A DNA stretch of 59,657 bases, counting the filler, from Squatina squatina (lineage: Eukaryota): the NCBI GenBank assembly GCA_031763465.1. It is 3 parts of 3 records of this genome, joined end to end, with 100 filler letters (N's around TTAATTAATTAA, not from the genome) between each part and the next. Parts side by side here need not be neighbours in the genome. Positions count along the whole stretch, not along the records: positions 1 to 29,186 come from JARFOE010000222.1; 2 more parts are not named here. One strand, written 5' to 3'. Shown one piece after another: positions 13,510 to 28,000 of the stretch. The notes beneath the pieces are model-generated. The model had not been told where the DNA came from, made no database searches, and was given only the letters and a program-made list of their open reading frames with translations. Numbering within the stretch: the first letter of the stretch is position 1; the number at the start of each line of letters is the position of its first letter. The position numbers were made by a program, and so were the translations under genes.

Positions 13510-13728
13510 AAACATAGAAAATAGAAGCAGGGGTAGGCTATTTGGCCCTTTGAGCCTGCTCTGCCTTCAATATGATCATGGCTGATCCTCTGTCTCAACG
13601 CCATATTCCCACTTTCTCCCCATATCCCTTCAGCATCTAGAAATCTATCTCCTTCTTGAATATATTCAATGATTTGGCCTCCACAGCCTTCTGTGGTAGA
13701 GAATTCCACAGGTTCACCACCCTCTGAG
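13510..13728 (-). mobile_element. CR1-clade LINE 3' end
   Basis: Similar to 20935-21215 and 38364-38560. Confidence 0.75.
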
Positions 13729-15687
13729 NNNNNNNNNNNNNNNNNNNNNNNNNNNNNNNNNNNNNNNNNNNNNNNNNNNNNNNNNNNNNNNNNNNNNNNN
13801 NNNNNNNNNNNNNNNNNNNNNNNNNNNNAGGAAAACGCTAATAATTAGATGCTTAGTATGTCTAAAAGTAGTTTTAATGGTATGTGTGGGAATAGTTTAT
13901 GATGATGTTGCCAGTTCTGAAAACTTCAATTAAGGTGTTTTGCTGATGTTTTGAATTTGCGACAGTATTTATACGTATTGTTGTAATAAAAAAAAAATTA
14001 TGCAAGAACACATTCTATCTTTGAAGCTCTGTTACTTCTCTATGTTACTTTTTAATAGCCTTCTGCGTGTATCGTCACTGGCAAAAGTGACCTTTTTTGG
14101 GAGGTCTCTGTGCTGAAACTTTGCGCAGAGGGAGGTAAATGAAAGAATTTGTTGAAATGTCACAGTCTGAAGTTTAATTGGTACTAGACGTGTTTCTGTC
14201 CCTTTTTTTTGTATATCTCACATTTTCCAAGCAATACAAGAAAAATACCTCACAGGCATTATACCGATTTTTTTTTTTTAAAAGTCAGCGTTGCAGCAAC
14301 TAAAAACTAAATAAAACCTTAAGCAGAGCTGAAGTTACATTTGTTACCAGCAGGCAAAACACCTTTTTTTTTAAAATTAAATGGTAACAGAATTAGTGGG
14401 TAATGTGGGAAGGGCCTAGCAACTGTGTGTGATGTCAGACACTGTTCCAATGTAACACGCAATAAGTGGCATAGACTGTATTTTCAGATGTAGGTATTTG
14501 ATACTAATACCTGTATTCAGTGATTATAGATTGTTTTACATGAGATTTTTATATCCTTTAAAAAAAACTCTTGGTGTTCATGCTGATATGTGTAGTGTTT
14601 NNNNNNNNNNNNNNNNNNNNNNNNNNNNNNNNNNNNNNNNNNNNNNNNNNNNNNNNNNNNNNNNNNNNNNNNNNNNNNNNNNNNNNNNNNNNNNNNNNNN
14701 CAGCATCTGGTCCTCTCAGAAGAGGGTTTAAATCATCCTTTACACTTGTAATAATCCTTATTAAAAGTACAATAGAAAATGTTAACAATTTAAAAAGTTA
14801 GACACAAGTGGCATAAACCCCAAATATTCTGTGAAGAACTTTTGGAATTTAAAAATATTGACCCTTTAATTATGCTTAACTTGTTTGAAATTCTCTGCCA
14901 TTTCAACTCTGTATTTTCAGATAATGTGTTAAATTTCATAAACTATTATTCTAATAGTTTTTAATAATTTTAGGGCCATATTGTTTTATTGACAGAATAT
15001 ATAATATGCAAACTGAATTCAATAGTACTTTTCATGGTTTCCTTAATGCTTGGTAATTTTATTGTACTTTGCTTAAGAAAAGAGTTGTTTTTCATACACA
15101 GCCTACTTTGTTTTTATTCAATCAGGTGTAAGGATGTTTCTGTGTCTTTCTGGAATCCATATTGGATGCTGCCCACTGGTGTTTGTGCAGTGAACTGCTT
15201 TTGGGAATCTGCGTTTAGGTAGGCTGCCTTGTAATTTGTATACAGAATAGTCTAACTTCTACGCTCCAGTTTTCATAGGATTAGTGTTTGTAGTGCTATG
15301 CAAAAAATGTGCGTAAATTTGGAAAACGAGCAGAAAATAGTTACAAGTTGGTAGTTCTAATACACACGGCAGTGTATTCCTATACACATGGATGCAAACA
15401 AGTGCTTGCGTGTGGAGAAGCAGACATACTGAATTTTAGATATTGAATGACTGAGATGTGGTGTATGCAGCACGGGTATATTTCATATGCTTAGAGCAAT
15501 TGAGCAACATGATTGCAGCCATGCTGCTGTCTCCTTATTCTTTATTCCTTGCACAAAAAGTTCAAAGTTTTTTTTTTTACTTGCTTANNNNNNNNNNNNN
15601 NNNNNNNNNNNNNNNNNNNNNNNNNNNNNNNNNNNNNNNNNNNNNNNNNNNNNNNNNNNNNNNNNNNNNNNNNNNNNNNNNNNNNNN

Positions 15688-15830
15688 CCTAACAGCACTG
15701 TGGGAGCACCTTCACCACACGGACTGCAGCGGTTCAAGAAGGCGGCTCATCACCACCTTCTCAAAGGGCAACTAGGGATGGGCAATAAATACTAGCCTTG
15801 CTTGCAAAGCGCACATCTCAGGAATGAATT
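15688..15830 (+). mobile_element. LINE 3' terminus, second copy at 24830-24920
   Basis: Shared GGCTCATCACCACCTTCTCAAGGGCA..TAGGGATGGGCAATAAAT. Confidence 0.65.
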
Positions 15831-16035
15831 TTTTAAAATTGCCTTTATGTAAAGCATTTGGAGTTGAAAAACCTTGACTGCACAGATTGTGATCTGTGCT
15901 GAAAGAAACTGTTACCAAATAGAGGTATCTTGAGCAGTCTGTATTCAGTAAATTTCTGCACTAAGCTGATTCAACAGTACCTATTTTTACCTACCTATCC
16001 GTTCTTCCTGACGTATTTGTCCTTTTCTTTTAAAG

Positions 16036-16287
16036 ATGATTCTGAAGGAGGTGGATTCCTTGCTCTATGTGGACACAGATATTCTGTTTTTGCGTCCTAT
16101 GGATGATATATGGGCATTTCTTGAAGATTTCAATCATACTCAGATTGCTGGAATGGCACCAGAACACGAGGAGCCACGAATTGGCTGGTACAACCGTTTT
16201 GCCAGACATCCATATTATGGGAAGACTGGAATCAACTCTGGAGTTATGTTGATGAACATGACCCGCATCCGAAAAAAATATTTTAAG
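16036..16287 (+). CDS. GXYLT1: Glucoside xylosyltransferase 1 internal exon (GT8 family), 252 nt
   Basis: Pyrimidine tract + AAG acceptor, AAG|GTAAGT donor; [20 protein letters not shown]...[35 protein letters not shown] with DxD motif. Confidence 0.93.
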
Positions 16288-19200
16288 GTAAGTGTGTCTG
16301 GATTTCTTTTGGTCATGATTAAACTGCGGCAATATTTTGTGCACATTGTGGTTAGTTTGATCTATTGTACTTTAAAGGATGTAGGAAATAAATGAACACA
16401 TATTGGGATCCATCTGAGTTGATTATAGCTCAGTGTGTTTCCTCTTCATACCCTTGTGTTAGCCTGTTGTCTTTTAGTGTGGAAATTCCACTGTTGAATG
16501 ACTGTTGCTTTTGATTATTTAGTTGATAAATGTTTCAATATACAGTATGGTTTAATTGTATTTAATTTATAAAATAATACAATTATAAAATAAAATTGCC
16601 AGGACACAGCCGGCTAATAAAAATTACATAGTAACTGAATATATATTCTTCCTGGCTCCAATTTTAATGTTTAGCTTGAAATTTCTTTTTATCCCTCTTT
16701 TTTTTCCTGAAGATGCTGACTCATATTGTGCAGTTATATGGGACAAGCACTGTGTTGATCACAGTGTTTTTTTTGTGTATGAACCAAACAATGAGTATTG
16801 AGTGGGGTGGGGTGGGGCGGGGGGGATGGTATCACAGCCAAATCCAATCGTTTTCACGTCCAACATCCACATTCGTGCACTTTCCAGCAGCAGTCACTGG
16901 ATAGTGATCAAGGTGGGAACCCTGGCTGATATTCCCCTGTGCCAAAGTCCCTGCTAATAGAATTTAATCATTAAACAGCAGACCTTTTAACAAGTACCAG
17001 ATGATATCATTAGTTTGCAGCAGAATGATCAGAGTTTGTGACTAAATTAAAGAATCTTGGTATAGCAGATATTTTCCTAATTAATGACTGTAATCTCTAA
17101 TTACAATCTAGAAAGGTTCTGGAGGGTTGAATATTAGGAGTTACTTTGACCACCGGATGGCGCTATTAGGCTGTCCTTTGGCGCCACTGAAACTATTGTT
17201 GGCAGAGGGAAAAGGGTCTGATTACAATTTAAACATGGAATAAAGCTAATTACTGAATAGTGTTTGATATGTCACAAGCTCGTATAGTTTCAAATTGCTT
17301 TGTTTATCAACTGAAACACACGTAAAGATGATAAATTGGTTGCTTATTAAGATGGGGAAGCTGACTATAGTACTGTAATAGTTATTTTTTGGTGAGCTGT
17401 TAGATTTATGTAGCCATGCACTGCTCAGGTTTTCATCTGTTGTGTATAATTAGGAATACAGCCATCTTTTCTGTGGTGGAATCTGTACAGTATTAGATGG
17501 GAATATTTTCCCATCTACATAAGCACTTTTTCAAATTCATCATAATAATATGTACTTCAGATTTTTTTAACTGCGGAATGTTCAGCATCAAGGAACATTT
17601 TAATACTTGGTTGTCATTTTTATCAGCTATATGTTAGCAAAACGATTATCAACATTTATTTTGGTAATATTTTTGAGCCCTTTTGAATGGCAGAGCAAAA
17701 ATGGACCATTTAGTGTTCTGAATGGGCATCAGAATTGCTTGCCAGTTTGTTGAATTTGATGCCCATTTGGAGTACAACATGCTGAGAATTTAACAACCCC
17801 ACCCGGCCTCAGCATTGGAGATCAATCTAAATCTAAGGCCTTGTCAGATTTCAACCAATTTGGAGTCCAGCCCACAAAAATTCTGCTGCTGCCTCCCATA
17901 GTTTACCTGCACTTCCATAGTTGGCTTACAGTGGCTTTTTTCTGAATTGCATTGACTGCCACGGTATTGGGGGAAGGCTACAGACTTCTACCGTACTTGC
18001 AGTCTCACAAAACTGTCCTTAGACTGAACAGTGTAGTTCTTCCAAATGTGATAGGGACATTGCTGTCTGATTTCAGTCCTGCTTTGATAGTTAACAGTCT
18101 AAAATATTGACTGTTAATTTGCATTTGACCGTGTTCAGTTTGTTGTCTTTATAGTGTATATTGCAGGAAATGAATAGGTTTGTACCACTCTCTCAGGGCA
18201 ATAAATGCGGCTTGTGAAATTTAGAAAACCACATTTAAAATCTGTTACAAAAGTCACTCTTGGTGTTTAATGTCTGTTAAGTCACGTGACTACTGCATGA
18301 CATNNNNNNNNNNNNNNNNNNNNNNNNNNNNNNNNNNNNNNNNNNNNNNNNNNNNNNNNNNNNNNNNNNNNNNNNNNNNNNNNNNNNNNNNNNNNNNNNN
18401 NNNCGTGGGCCGAAGGGCCTGTTATGTGCTGTATTTTCTATGTTCTATGATTGTAGCAGATCTAGGTATTCAGATTATCCAGCCAATGCACTAACAGCCC
18501 ATCCCAAACCTCCAGGCCCATGTCATTCAAACAGGACAAGCCAGTGTGTAAGATGTATAAAGTGCAAATGGGACAAAGTTGGCTGGCTTCGTCAGCTGGA
18601 TTTTCCAGGGCTCAAAAGCCATCCCTGAATTTTGCAAATCACTCCCCTGACTATTAACGCTGGGACAGTGGAAAAGGGAAGCCACCTTAGACAGGTTTCC
18701 AAACAAATGATTGAAGCTTGTCACTTGATTAGTCAGCCACAGGGATTCTGCTTATCAACATCACACACCTGGTTGTTTTGATTTTGCAGTGCTGTCCTAG
18801 AGGCATTAGAGAATTGATCCTGCTGTTGCTGGACTATTTGTCAAAGGACATGTGATAATTTCCACAGATACGGGCAGAAATGCAATTGACATATTGACAT
18901 TGATCAGGGAATACTAGTGGGAAAAAGCATTGAGGATTGTTTTTCATTAACTTAACGTTTTCAGAATTTGTGCTCTGACTAGCAATATTATTTTAGATAC
19001 CACAAAAAAGGATTGGAGAATTGCTCAAAGTGTAATTGATTCAAATCTCGTCATTAAAGAAACAACTTCATCAAAACAGCTCTTGAGATTTTTTTAACCC
19101 TTTGCTTTATATTTAATTGTTTTGTGTCATTTCTGATTTTCTAGATGAATCTGAAAACCTTAGTAAAAACATGGCTTTGCAGAATGGCCCAATAGTAAAG

Positions 19201-19439
19201 TTTTTTTTCTGTGGTACTGTCAGGTGAGGTTCTGCACAAGCAGAAGGTAAGACCATTACTTCAAGATAAGATGCTGTTACAATGGCATTTGTTTAGTTTG
19301 GTTCGTGACATTGGTGTACATGCTCCTTGTGTTTCCATTGGTAAAATCAACTTCCTTATCCCAACGGAAGGCAAACTACAGAAGCGGTCAGCGCAAAATC
19401 ACCTTTTAAACAGGCTTAAGGAGAACTCTTAAGAACACA

Positions 19440-19629
19440 TGTGTTCTCTTCTTTAGGCAGTCCCTCGGGGTCGAGGATGATTTGCTTCCACTCCAGAGTT
19501 GTGTGTTCTGAGGTGGCTGAAAAGTCCGATATGGGATCCGCAAACTCGACGGCAGGTGGGGCAGGTGGTATTTGATGGGGCGAGTGGATGGGATGCTCGG
19601 GTTTCCGCGCGCTCCTTCCGCTGCCTGCG
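19440..19629 (-). mobile_element. RTE-like LINE 3' end
   Basis: C-terminal C2H2 TTCPTCRRVCGSHIGLFSHLRTH followed by a short 3' tail. Confidence 0.65.
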
Positions 19630-19729
19630 NNNNNNNNNNNNNNNNNNNNNNNNNNNNNNNNNNNNNNNNNNNNNNNNNNNNNNNNNNNNNNNNNNNNNNN
19701 NNNNNNNNNNNNNNNNNNNNNNNNNNNNN

Positions 19730-19983
19730 CCCCATTGTTGTAGTGTAGGAAACATGGCAGACAATTTGCACCAAGGAAAGTCCCACAAACAACAATGTGT
19801 TAATAACCAGATAATCTTTTTTTTTGTGATGTTGGTTGAGAGATAAATAGGAAACCGAGAAGAACTGCCCTGTCCTTCTTCAAAATAGTGCTGTGGGATC
19901 TACCTGAGATGGCAGACAGGGCCTCGGTTTAATGTCTCACCTGAAAGACGGCACCTCTGACAGTGCAGCACTCCCTCAGTCAG
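19730..19983 (-). mobile_element. Partial DeuSINE copy
   Basis: Reverse complement of the same core (GGCCTCGGTTTAA, CAGTGCAGCACTCCCTCAG). Confidence 0.75.
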
Positions 19984-20934
19984 CCAGCATGCTGCTATAT
20001 GAGTGGAAAGTGTTGATGCTCTACCCTGAGAGACCAGTGGTGCAAGTATACAATGGTGCCAGTGTACATGTATTCTCATCACTAGTACCTCAGCAGTGAT
20101 AGAAATTTTAGCTTTGACCTTTGGAGACACAAACTTGCCAGCTGTTGAAGCGGAAGCCTGAATAAAACAAAAAGTTTGTTCTTGCCATATGGCACACGCT
20201 ATATTAAAACCTGCTCCCCCGATATCCACATGTTGCAAATGAGTGTCCACTTCACAGAAGAAGTTTGTCCAATATCTCAAAATGGAATATTAAAAATTTA
20301 GTGAACTGCTTTTCATATTTTTTTTATTATTGATTATGTCCCATTACCCAGCAACTGCTGGAATCCTGTTCTACAAAATGATAGTTCAAAGCATTAATAA
20401 TTAAAAATGAAATATGCTGCAACCAAAAATAAATTGGCTTACAATTTCTCTAGATTACTTAATGCAGATATGGGAACAGGATGATAGTGGATTGGAATAT
20501 TTTTTTTCACCCATAAGAAATGGATTTGAATTTAATTCAGGCATGCACGTCGGTCTTCTCACTGATTATGGGTTCTGCTTACTGAATTTGAGTTACCATT
20601 TCCCAATATTTTGACTTGAAGATAAGAACAGCCCTGACTCCTACTCCTTAAAAAGTACATACTATTATGATCCTTGTAAAGTTTCTTGCGTAGCTCATAT
20701 GTTCTGCCTTTTCTCATTCGTTCTTGGGATGTCACACATCTATTGCTCATCATGAGTTACCCAAGCAGTATGGGATTGGAGTCACATGTAGGACAGATTT
20801 GGTAGGGGTGGCAGGTTTATTTGGCATTTGACTTGATAAGTTTGAAGCATTTCACAAGATTGCAAGATAGATGGGGATGAGGAAGGACATCCAGAGCTCA
20901 CAAACCAAAAATAACCCTCGGTCTCCTCATCACA

Positions 20935-21215
20935 TAAGAATATAAGAACATAGGAAATAGGAGCAGGAGTAGGCCATCTGGCCCCTCGAGCCTGCTCCAC
21001 CATTCAACAAGATCATGGCAAATCTCCTACCTCAATGCCATTTTCCTGCACTATCCCCATATCCCTTGATGCCTTTAATATCTAAAAATCCATCAGTCTC
21101 TGTTTTGAATGTACTCAATGACTCAGCCTCCACAGCATTCTGGGGTAGAGAATTCCAAAGATTCACCACCCTCTGAGTGAAGAAATTTCTCCTCATCTCA
21201 GTCCTAAATGGCCGA
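20935..21215 (-). mobile_element. CR1-clade LINE 3' end
   Basis: CATAAGAA-type terminal repeats followed by the same 3' sequence family. Confidence 0.78.
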
Positions 21216-24200
21216 NNNNNNNNNNNNNNNNNNNNNNNNNNNNNNNNNNNNNNNNNNNNNNNNNNNNNNNNNNNNNNNNNNNNNNNNNNNNNNNNNNNNN
21301 NNNNNNNNNNNNNNNAGACAGGCTACTTAACTGATGTACCCACCACTGGTCGTTGTTTGTCTTTGTCCAATTTAAATTATGCATGAAAACCAGATCAGGC
21401 GGTGGAGAATTGATAGTGTGTTGTTTCAAATGCTTTGACAGCCATAGACTAAAGCAACGGAGAGAGTCGGCCTTTCCTGGAGGAAGATTATAAATAATAT
21501 TACGTTCAGTAATATAGAACAGCTGTTGTTTTTTTTTAACAAGAATCTGCTGGTGAAGCTGATAAGAAGCTCATTCTATTCATTTCCTTATCGAATCAGA
21601 AAAAGAACAAGACCCCCCTCCCAAATTAGCAACTGTGATTTATGTTGCTGTTTGGAACTGGGGCAAGGTTCCGCGGCAACTTGTAATTGCGGTCCAAATA
21701 AAAGGTCCAATGTCGGCTAACCAGTTTTTAATTCAATCTGGCAATTATATACACAAAAGCAGAGGTCAGTTTGCTTTTTGTGGGATGCAGTGGCCTCATT
21801 TATCTCAAGCGGCCACTTGGAAAAAAAATGTAACTTCACAGTGGAGTTCAGAAACATTCTGTCCATTGCGTTTGGTTCTTAATTAACCCATTAAGAACTG
21901 CAAGTGGTAACTCCAGAAGACGAACACTTGTCCAAACTAACAAAGACTCTTACACCCCTGCCCCCGAAGNNNNNNNNNNNNNNNNNNNNNNNNNNNNNNN
22001 NNNNNNNNNNNNNNNNNNNNNNNNNNNNNNNNNNNNNNNNNNNNNNNNNNNNNNNNNNNNNNNNNNNNNNNNNNNNNNNNNNNNNNNNNNNNNNNNNNNN
22101 NNNNNNNNNNNNNNNNNNNNNNNNNNNNNNNNNNNNNNNNNNNNNNNNNNNNNNNNNNNNNNNNNNNNNNNNNNNNNNNNNNNNNNNNNNNNNNNNNNNN
22201 NNNNNNNNNNNNNNNNNNNNNNNNNNNNNNNNNNNNNNNNNNNNNNNNNNNNNNNNNNNNNNNNNNNNNNNNNNNNNNNNNNNNNNNNNNNNNNNNNNNN
22301 NNNNNNNNNNNNNNNNNNNNNNNNNNNNNNNNNNNNNNNNNNNNNNNNNNNNNNNNNNNNNNNNNNNNNNNNNNNNNNNNNNNNNNNNNNNNNNNNNNNN
22401 NNNNNNNNNNNNNNNNNNNNNNNNNNNNNNNNNNNNNNNNNNNNNNNNNNNNNNNNNNNNNNNNNNNNNNNNNNNNNNNNNNNNNNNNNNNNNNNNNNNN
22501 NNNNNNNNNNNNNNNNNNNNNNNNNNNNNNNNNNNNNNNNNNNNNNNNNNNNNNNNNNNNNNNNNNNNNNNNNNNNNNNNNNNNNNNNNNNNNNNNNNNN
22601 NNNNNNNNNNNNNNNNNNNNNNNNNNNNNNNNNNNNNNNNNNNNNNNNNNNNNNNNNNNNNNNNNNNNNNNNNGTGCTTTTTGATTGTTGGTTACTGAAT
22701 GGTGGGTGATGTTTAGTAAATATACATGTTTGAAGTACATTTACCTGTATTGTGAGTGCATGTCAGGTGTTTTTTACTAAAATTAATGCATATGGCTGAA
22801 ACGCCACACCTGTCAGTAATTTTTATCGGATAACACTGCCACAGCAGACAATAAATATGGCTAATACTTATAAACTTTAACATTGGTATAGCATTCCAGT
22901 AACTATTTCTCCTAAGCTGATGCAGCAGATTGAGAGAATCATATCCATACTAAAATCAGTATAATGAATGAAGCACCTCACGCAGAAAGTAATTAATACC
23001 TGAATGGTCTTCCAGTTAAGGTAGTGCAGGCAAAATATCTGGAATCATTTACAATATAGTTGGAGTGGGGGCAGTACTGTAGGCTTGTGCTGGATGGATG
23101 TGCTAGGATTGGCCAAATGATCTTCTTCAGTTGTATCCAGGCTGATGATTGTTTCACTTTTTTCCCTATCCTGGGTCATCCCGTGAGGTGATGGGCAGCA
23201 CTCTGCCACTGCTCTGAAACCAGCCATGAGATAATGCATGAGAGTGATTGGATCAACTCTCCCACTGATTTTCTTTTGTCCTTGTGGGAAGTTCCTGGCC
23301 TTGGCTCAGTGTCTGACCACAAAAATACAGCTCAGGTAGGAATCAGTAGGCGGAGTATTACAGACGTGGTGCAGCATGTCAGAGAATGCACCCCCATCCC
23401 TTGAACAACTTAGAAAGTTAAGAGCTAGCTGGTGTGAGCCACAAATCATAGACCTTGGCTCTGGTCTGTGGGCCCGTTAGTTAATATTCACAGGCTGTGC
23501 TTTTTCTTCTCCATTCATCAAAGTCAGTGATATGAGATACAGGACAAGAAACATATGCATCTGTCCTGCACAGATGACCCAGACTCCATCTGTTTTCCCC
23601 CAGATTTAGTCCTGTGTTCAACCTTCTACCTCTGGAATCTTAATTACGTCCTGAGTAGATTATCAAGCTCTTTAAAGTGCTGAAAGGTATTGGTGATGCG
23701 GATATCAGCAGCTACAATAGAGTATCAGTGCACAAAACTACCAAGTGCCAACAGAAATTGGGGNNNNNNNNNNNNNNNNNNNNNNNNNNNNNNNNNNNNN
23801 NNNNNNNNNNNNNNNNNNNNNNNNNNNNNNNNNNNNNNNNNNNNNNNNNNNNNNNNNNNNNNNNNNNNNNNNNNNNNNNNNNNNNNNNNNNNNNNNNNNN
23901 NNNNNNNNNNNNNNNNNNNNNNNNNNNNNNNNNNNNNNNNNNNNNNNNNNNNNNNNNNNNNNNNNNNNNNNNNNNNNNNNNNNNNNNNNNNNNNNNNNNN
24001 NNNNNNNNNNNNNNNNNNNNNNNNNNNNNNNNNNNNNNNNNNNNNNNNNNNNNNNNNNNNNNNNNNNNNNNNNNNNNNNNNNNNNNNNNNNNNNNNNNNN
24101 NNNNNNNNNNNNNNNNNNNNNNNNNNNNNNNNNNNNNNNNNNNNNNNNNNNNNNNNNNNNNNNNNNNNNNNNNNNGAATAATGACTAGTGGCTTCCTCTC

Positions 24201-24976
24201 ATTCTATACATTGTGTTATTAATAAATGAAAAACACCATCAAGATATTGGGGTGAAATATAGAATGTAGATTACCTGTAAGAACAGGCCTGCAATACATA
24301 CCCAAGAGCATCTCTCATTTATAGCTATCCTTGACTTTCCTGTTAGGTTACTGCTGCATTGGCTCTAATTCCTTTCTGCAGTGACCATTTTTCTCTCCCT
24401 CAGTTAAAGCTTCATTGATGATATCTTCTTTTTCACTTTTCACTAACAGCAGGTGTCCAACTCCCCTCCACACATCTACACGAAAGTAGAGGTGACCTCT
24501 GGAATTTGTTCCCACACAGCCACATCCTTGAAAAGCGCAGATCGGTTATCTTTCTCTCTACATGTACCAAAATGATCAAGGTAACTTAGCACAGATCAGC
24601 AATTGAATCTGGGACTCTCCGTGCCTTTATGTCAGTACCTCACCATGTGATGCATTTACAGTGAGCTAGCAGGAATTGGCAAGCTTGTGCATCTTTTTCT
24701 GAAAATTGAAAGTACGGNNNNNNNNNNNNNNNNNNNNNNNNNNNNNNNNNNNNNNNNNNNNNNNNNNNNNNNNNNNNNNNNNNNNNNNNNNNNNNNNNNN
24801 NNNNNNNNNNNNNNNNNCACCACACAACTGGCTCATCACCACCTTCTCAAGGGCATTTAGGGATGGGCAATAAATGCTGGCCTTGCCAGTGATGCCCACA
24901 TCACATGAACGAATAATTAAAAAATACTATGGTACGTACAAATAATTCTGTCATGATGTTCAATCACTGCCAATTG

Positions 24977-25002
24977 ATATATATATATATATATATATAT
25001 AT
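24977..25002. repeat. (AT)n microsatellite
   Basis: Perfect AT run. Confidence 0.9.
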
Positions 25003-28000
25003 GAAAGGCTCAGATAGCACCCAGACATTCACTACTTCAGGACTTTACCAACTCTCAACAATGTAGGCTTTTGAACTCATGTCAGATAAGGTGGTTTAGT
25101 CTTCATCAGATTGCTAGGAGGCCATCTAAACATTACGACCATGATTCTTTCCGATGTTTCTGGATAATAGCATCCTTGAGTTAAGCCTTACCTTTGAAGT
25201 GATGCATGTATGATAGACCCTTTCGCAAGTTTGCCCAGCTGATGACCTTTAAAGGAGCACTAGTACTGCATCACATTAATGTAACAGATGGAAGGTCTTC
25301 ACCTCCCAATAATAAGCAGACTGTAAACAACAGGACATCTAAGATCAACTGGAGGAATGGAGAGAGGGGCACATTGTCTCCAAATATCTATCCCTGGTTT
25401 GATAGTTCTGGGTTGAAATATATCCACAGTTGAAGAGACTGCCATTTACAGATTCAAATTTATCAGGATATAAAAATCCTCCATCATGCAGAGGCATGAA
25501 TCCAGAAGGAAATTCTTGGCTGACAGGTTTACAAATGTCACTGAATAATCAGATAGCACCAGATGGCAGCTAGGGGGGATTAAACAGTTCAGTGTGAACA
25601 GTTGATGGTTCTGAAGGAAGAGACCTGTTGTCACCTCCAGCTGAAACATATTTGAGTATTCTCTTTTTAATGTCATTAAACATCTTACATACATTGCAAC
25701 GCCCTTTTATTTCTGGAAATAGCATCCCAGCGCCTTGTGCCTCTTCCCTGAGCTTGTCTGCATGTTCCTGGGTGTGGCAGAATTGTCCTGCTCCTATCTA
25801 ATCATCTCCACATGATTCGATTGTTTCGCTTGACATTTTACCCCAGTGTTTGATTGCATGGTTGACCTGTAAATTTGTTTCCCCTTGTGCAATTATTTTT
25901 CATCGCTTTTTGCATCCAAGGCCCTTCCATCTCCATGGCCAGGTCACTAGTGCATGTCAGAACATTCCTTTCAAATCCTAAAAGAAGTCTGAGATTACAT
26001 CACAACTAACGTTAATGAGTCGCCTTAGCTATCAGAGCAGTTTCAATACAGAGCTGAATATTTATGGGAAATTTGTGATGNNNNNNNNNNACTAAGTGCA
26101 ATATTCTATTATTCTCCTACATAACAGTCCATTAAAACTAATTTGCTTATTGCTGCTTCTCTGATGGAGAAACCACATCCAATGCCTTCTTTCAAACAGA
26201 GACATTGCTGTAACAAATATTTTCTGATTCACAGAAAGAGCCTTATTGTGGAGATCTGCTGTACGGATGAAGAAGGGGACTAATCATCTCTGAAATTCTT
26301 TTTGCTAGATTCAATCATTTTATTAAAACACTCCTTTATTTTGAATGACAGGCAGAAGCCTAAGAAAAGTGGGCCACCAAAATCTTCTGGCAAATGTTTG
26401 CTGCATTCCCGAATGCACTGATGACCAAAATATCTGATAAGGAAAACAGATAGGTTACTGCTTTGCAAGTATAAATATTTCTGAAATTATATTAGACATT
26501 GGTGTCGAAATGTGATAAGATCATTGGATACTGAACTCTCATTTTCTGGAGCAATTGATNNNNNNNNNNNNNNNNNNNNNNNNNNNNNNNNNNNNNNNNN
26601 NNNNNNNNNNNNNNNNNNNNNNNNNNNNNNNNNNNNNNNNNNNNNNNNNNNNNNNNNNNTGATAACGTGTGCTAACCTTTCTGCTGGAATTGCCCTACAG
26701 ATAACCTGCTTTTTGATTGTTAACGGAGACTCTAAAATTATCTTATACTGGTTCGTTGTCAGTCTGTTGGTTTGAAACATGACCCATGTCGTACATCACA
26801 AGGACTTATTGATAGTTAGAGGCCGTGTGTATGCACGCTGATAGAGTTTTCACTGCGCATTACCTGCTGTGTTTGCCCACAGTTGAAGCAGGGACACAGA
26901 TGTGCATCCTTCCTGCATGGCACGTGGATTAATTTACCACAGGGAGCAGAGTAAATGACTCGTGATGCAATTAAGCGTTTCCTTCATTCAAAATCTAACA
27001 GTGCCAGCACAATGGTGCTATTCTTAACCGTTCTGGAGTAGAGAGGCTAGGCAGGTGCAGCTGCTTGCATGCAAGAGGAAACACATGTTGTATAAAAGAA
27101 AGAAAGCTTGTGTACACTATATAAAAAAACCCTCTTACAAGTGAAATATAATCTTGCGATGTAGCAGCTGATAGAACCAATTTTAGAGGTTGTTAAAGAG
27201 TTTATACTACATTAAATGTATTCCCAGGGGTTTAATTTCTCATTGGTGATACAGCCCCTAACCTTTCCTTCAAGGAAAGGTTAATAGGCACCTATATGGA
27301 GTTTGGTAAATCACTTGCTGCTGTGCACCATTTCAACAGTACGAGTCAAGTCATAAAATAGAAATTAGAGGTTATCACATACGCACTGCTGCATATTAAG
27401 CATACACCGCCTCCTTTATCGTTTTATTATGTTCCAAGAACAGTCCATGAACATTTGACAAGTGGAGCATGGATTTACCCTCCAGGGCCTCTCTTTAAAA
27501 TCTTTGAAAATGGAGGTCGAGCTTCGAAACCCTCCACAATCGTCTCATGAGTAAACTGGTCCTGGTGTCTTTTTTGAATTTTTCTTTTCAGTAAGGAGGA
27601 ACTATTCAAAAGTAACCAGATTTAATACTAATCACCAGCCCATTTACATTTTCATTGTACTGCTGTCTGGCACAATCTGCATGTCACGTAAGACTCTGCT
27701 TTTATGTCTTACGTTTCTCACTGTTGCTCTGAGTTCATTCCGCTCAGTAATTCAACCATAGGATAATATCTAGAGGATAACAAGCTATAAAGGCCCACAT
27801 CACTGTATGTCAAGCAGGATTTTTTTTTGCATTCAAATTTCAACAATGAAACAACTAAGCTNNNNNNNNNNNNNNNNNNNNNNNNNNNNNNNNNNNNNNN
27901 NNNNNNNNNNNNNNNNNNNNNNNNNNNNNNNNNNNNNNNNNNNNNNNNNNNNNNNNNNNNNGAGGTGCATATCAGCCATGATCTAATTGAATGACAGAGC

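Noticed and set aside
11654-16287. RYBP/GXYLT2 paralogous locus
   Set aside because: KPRPVSQLVAQQVTQQF and the NGESH C-terminus are YAF2-type; the glycosyltransferase exon matches GXYLT1 as recalled
19145-19246. Possible exon (TTTCTAG acceptor; donors at 19224 or 19247)
   Set aside because: No peptide I recognise as GXYLT1 or another family; frame depends on a T homopolymer
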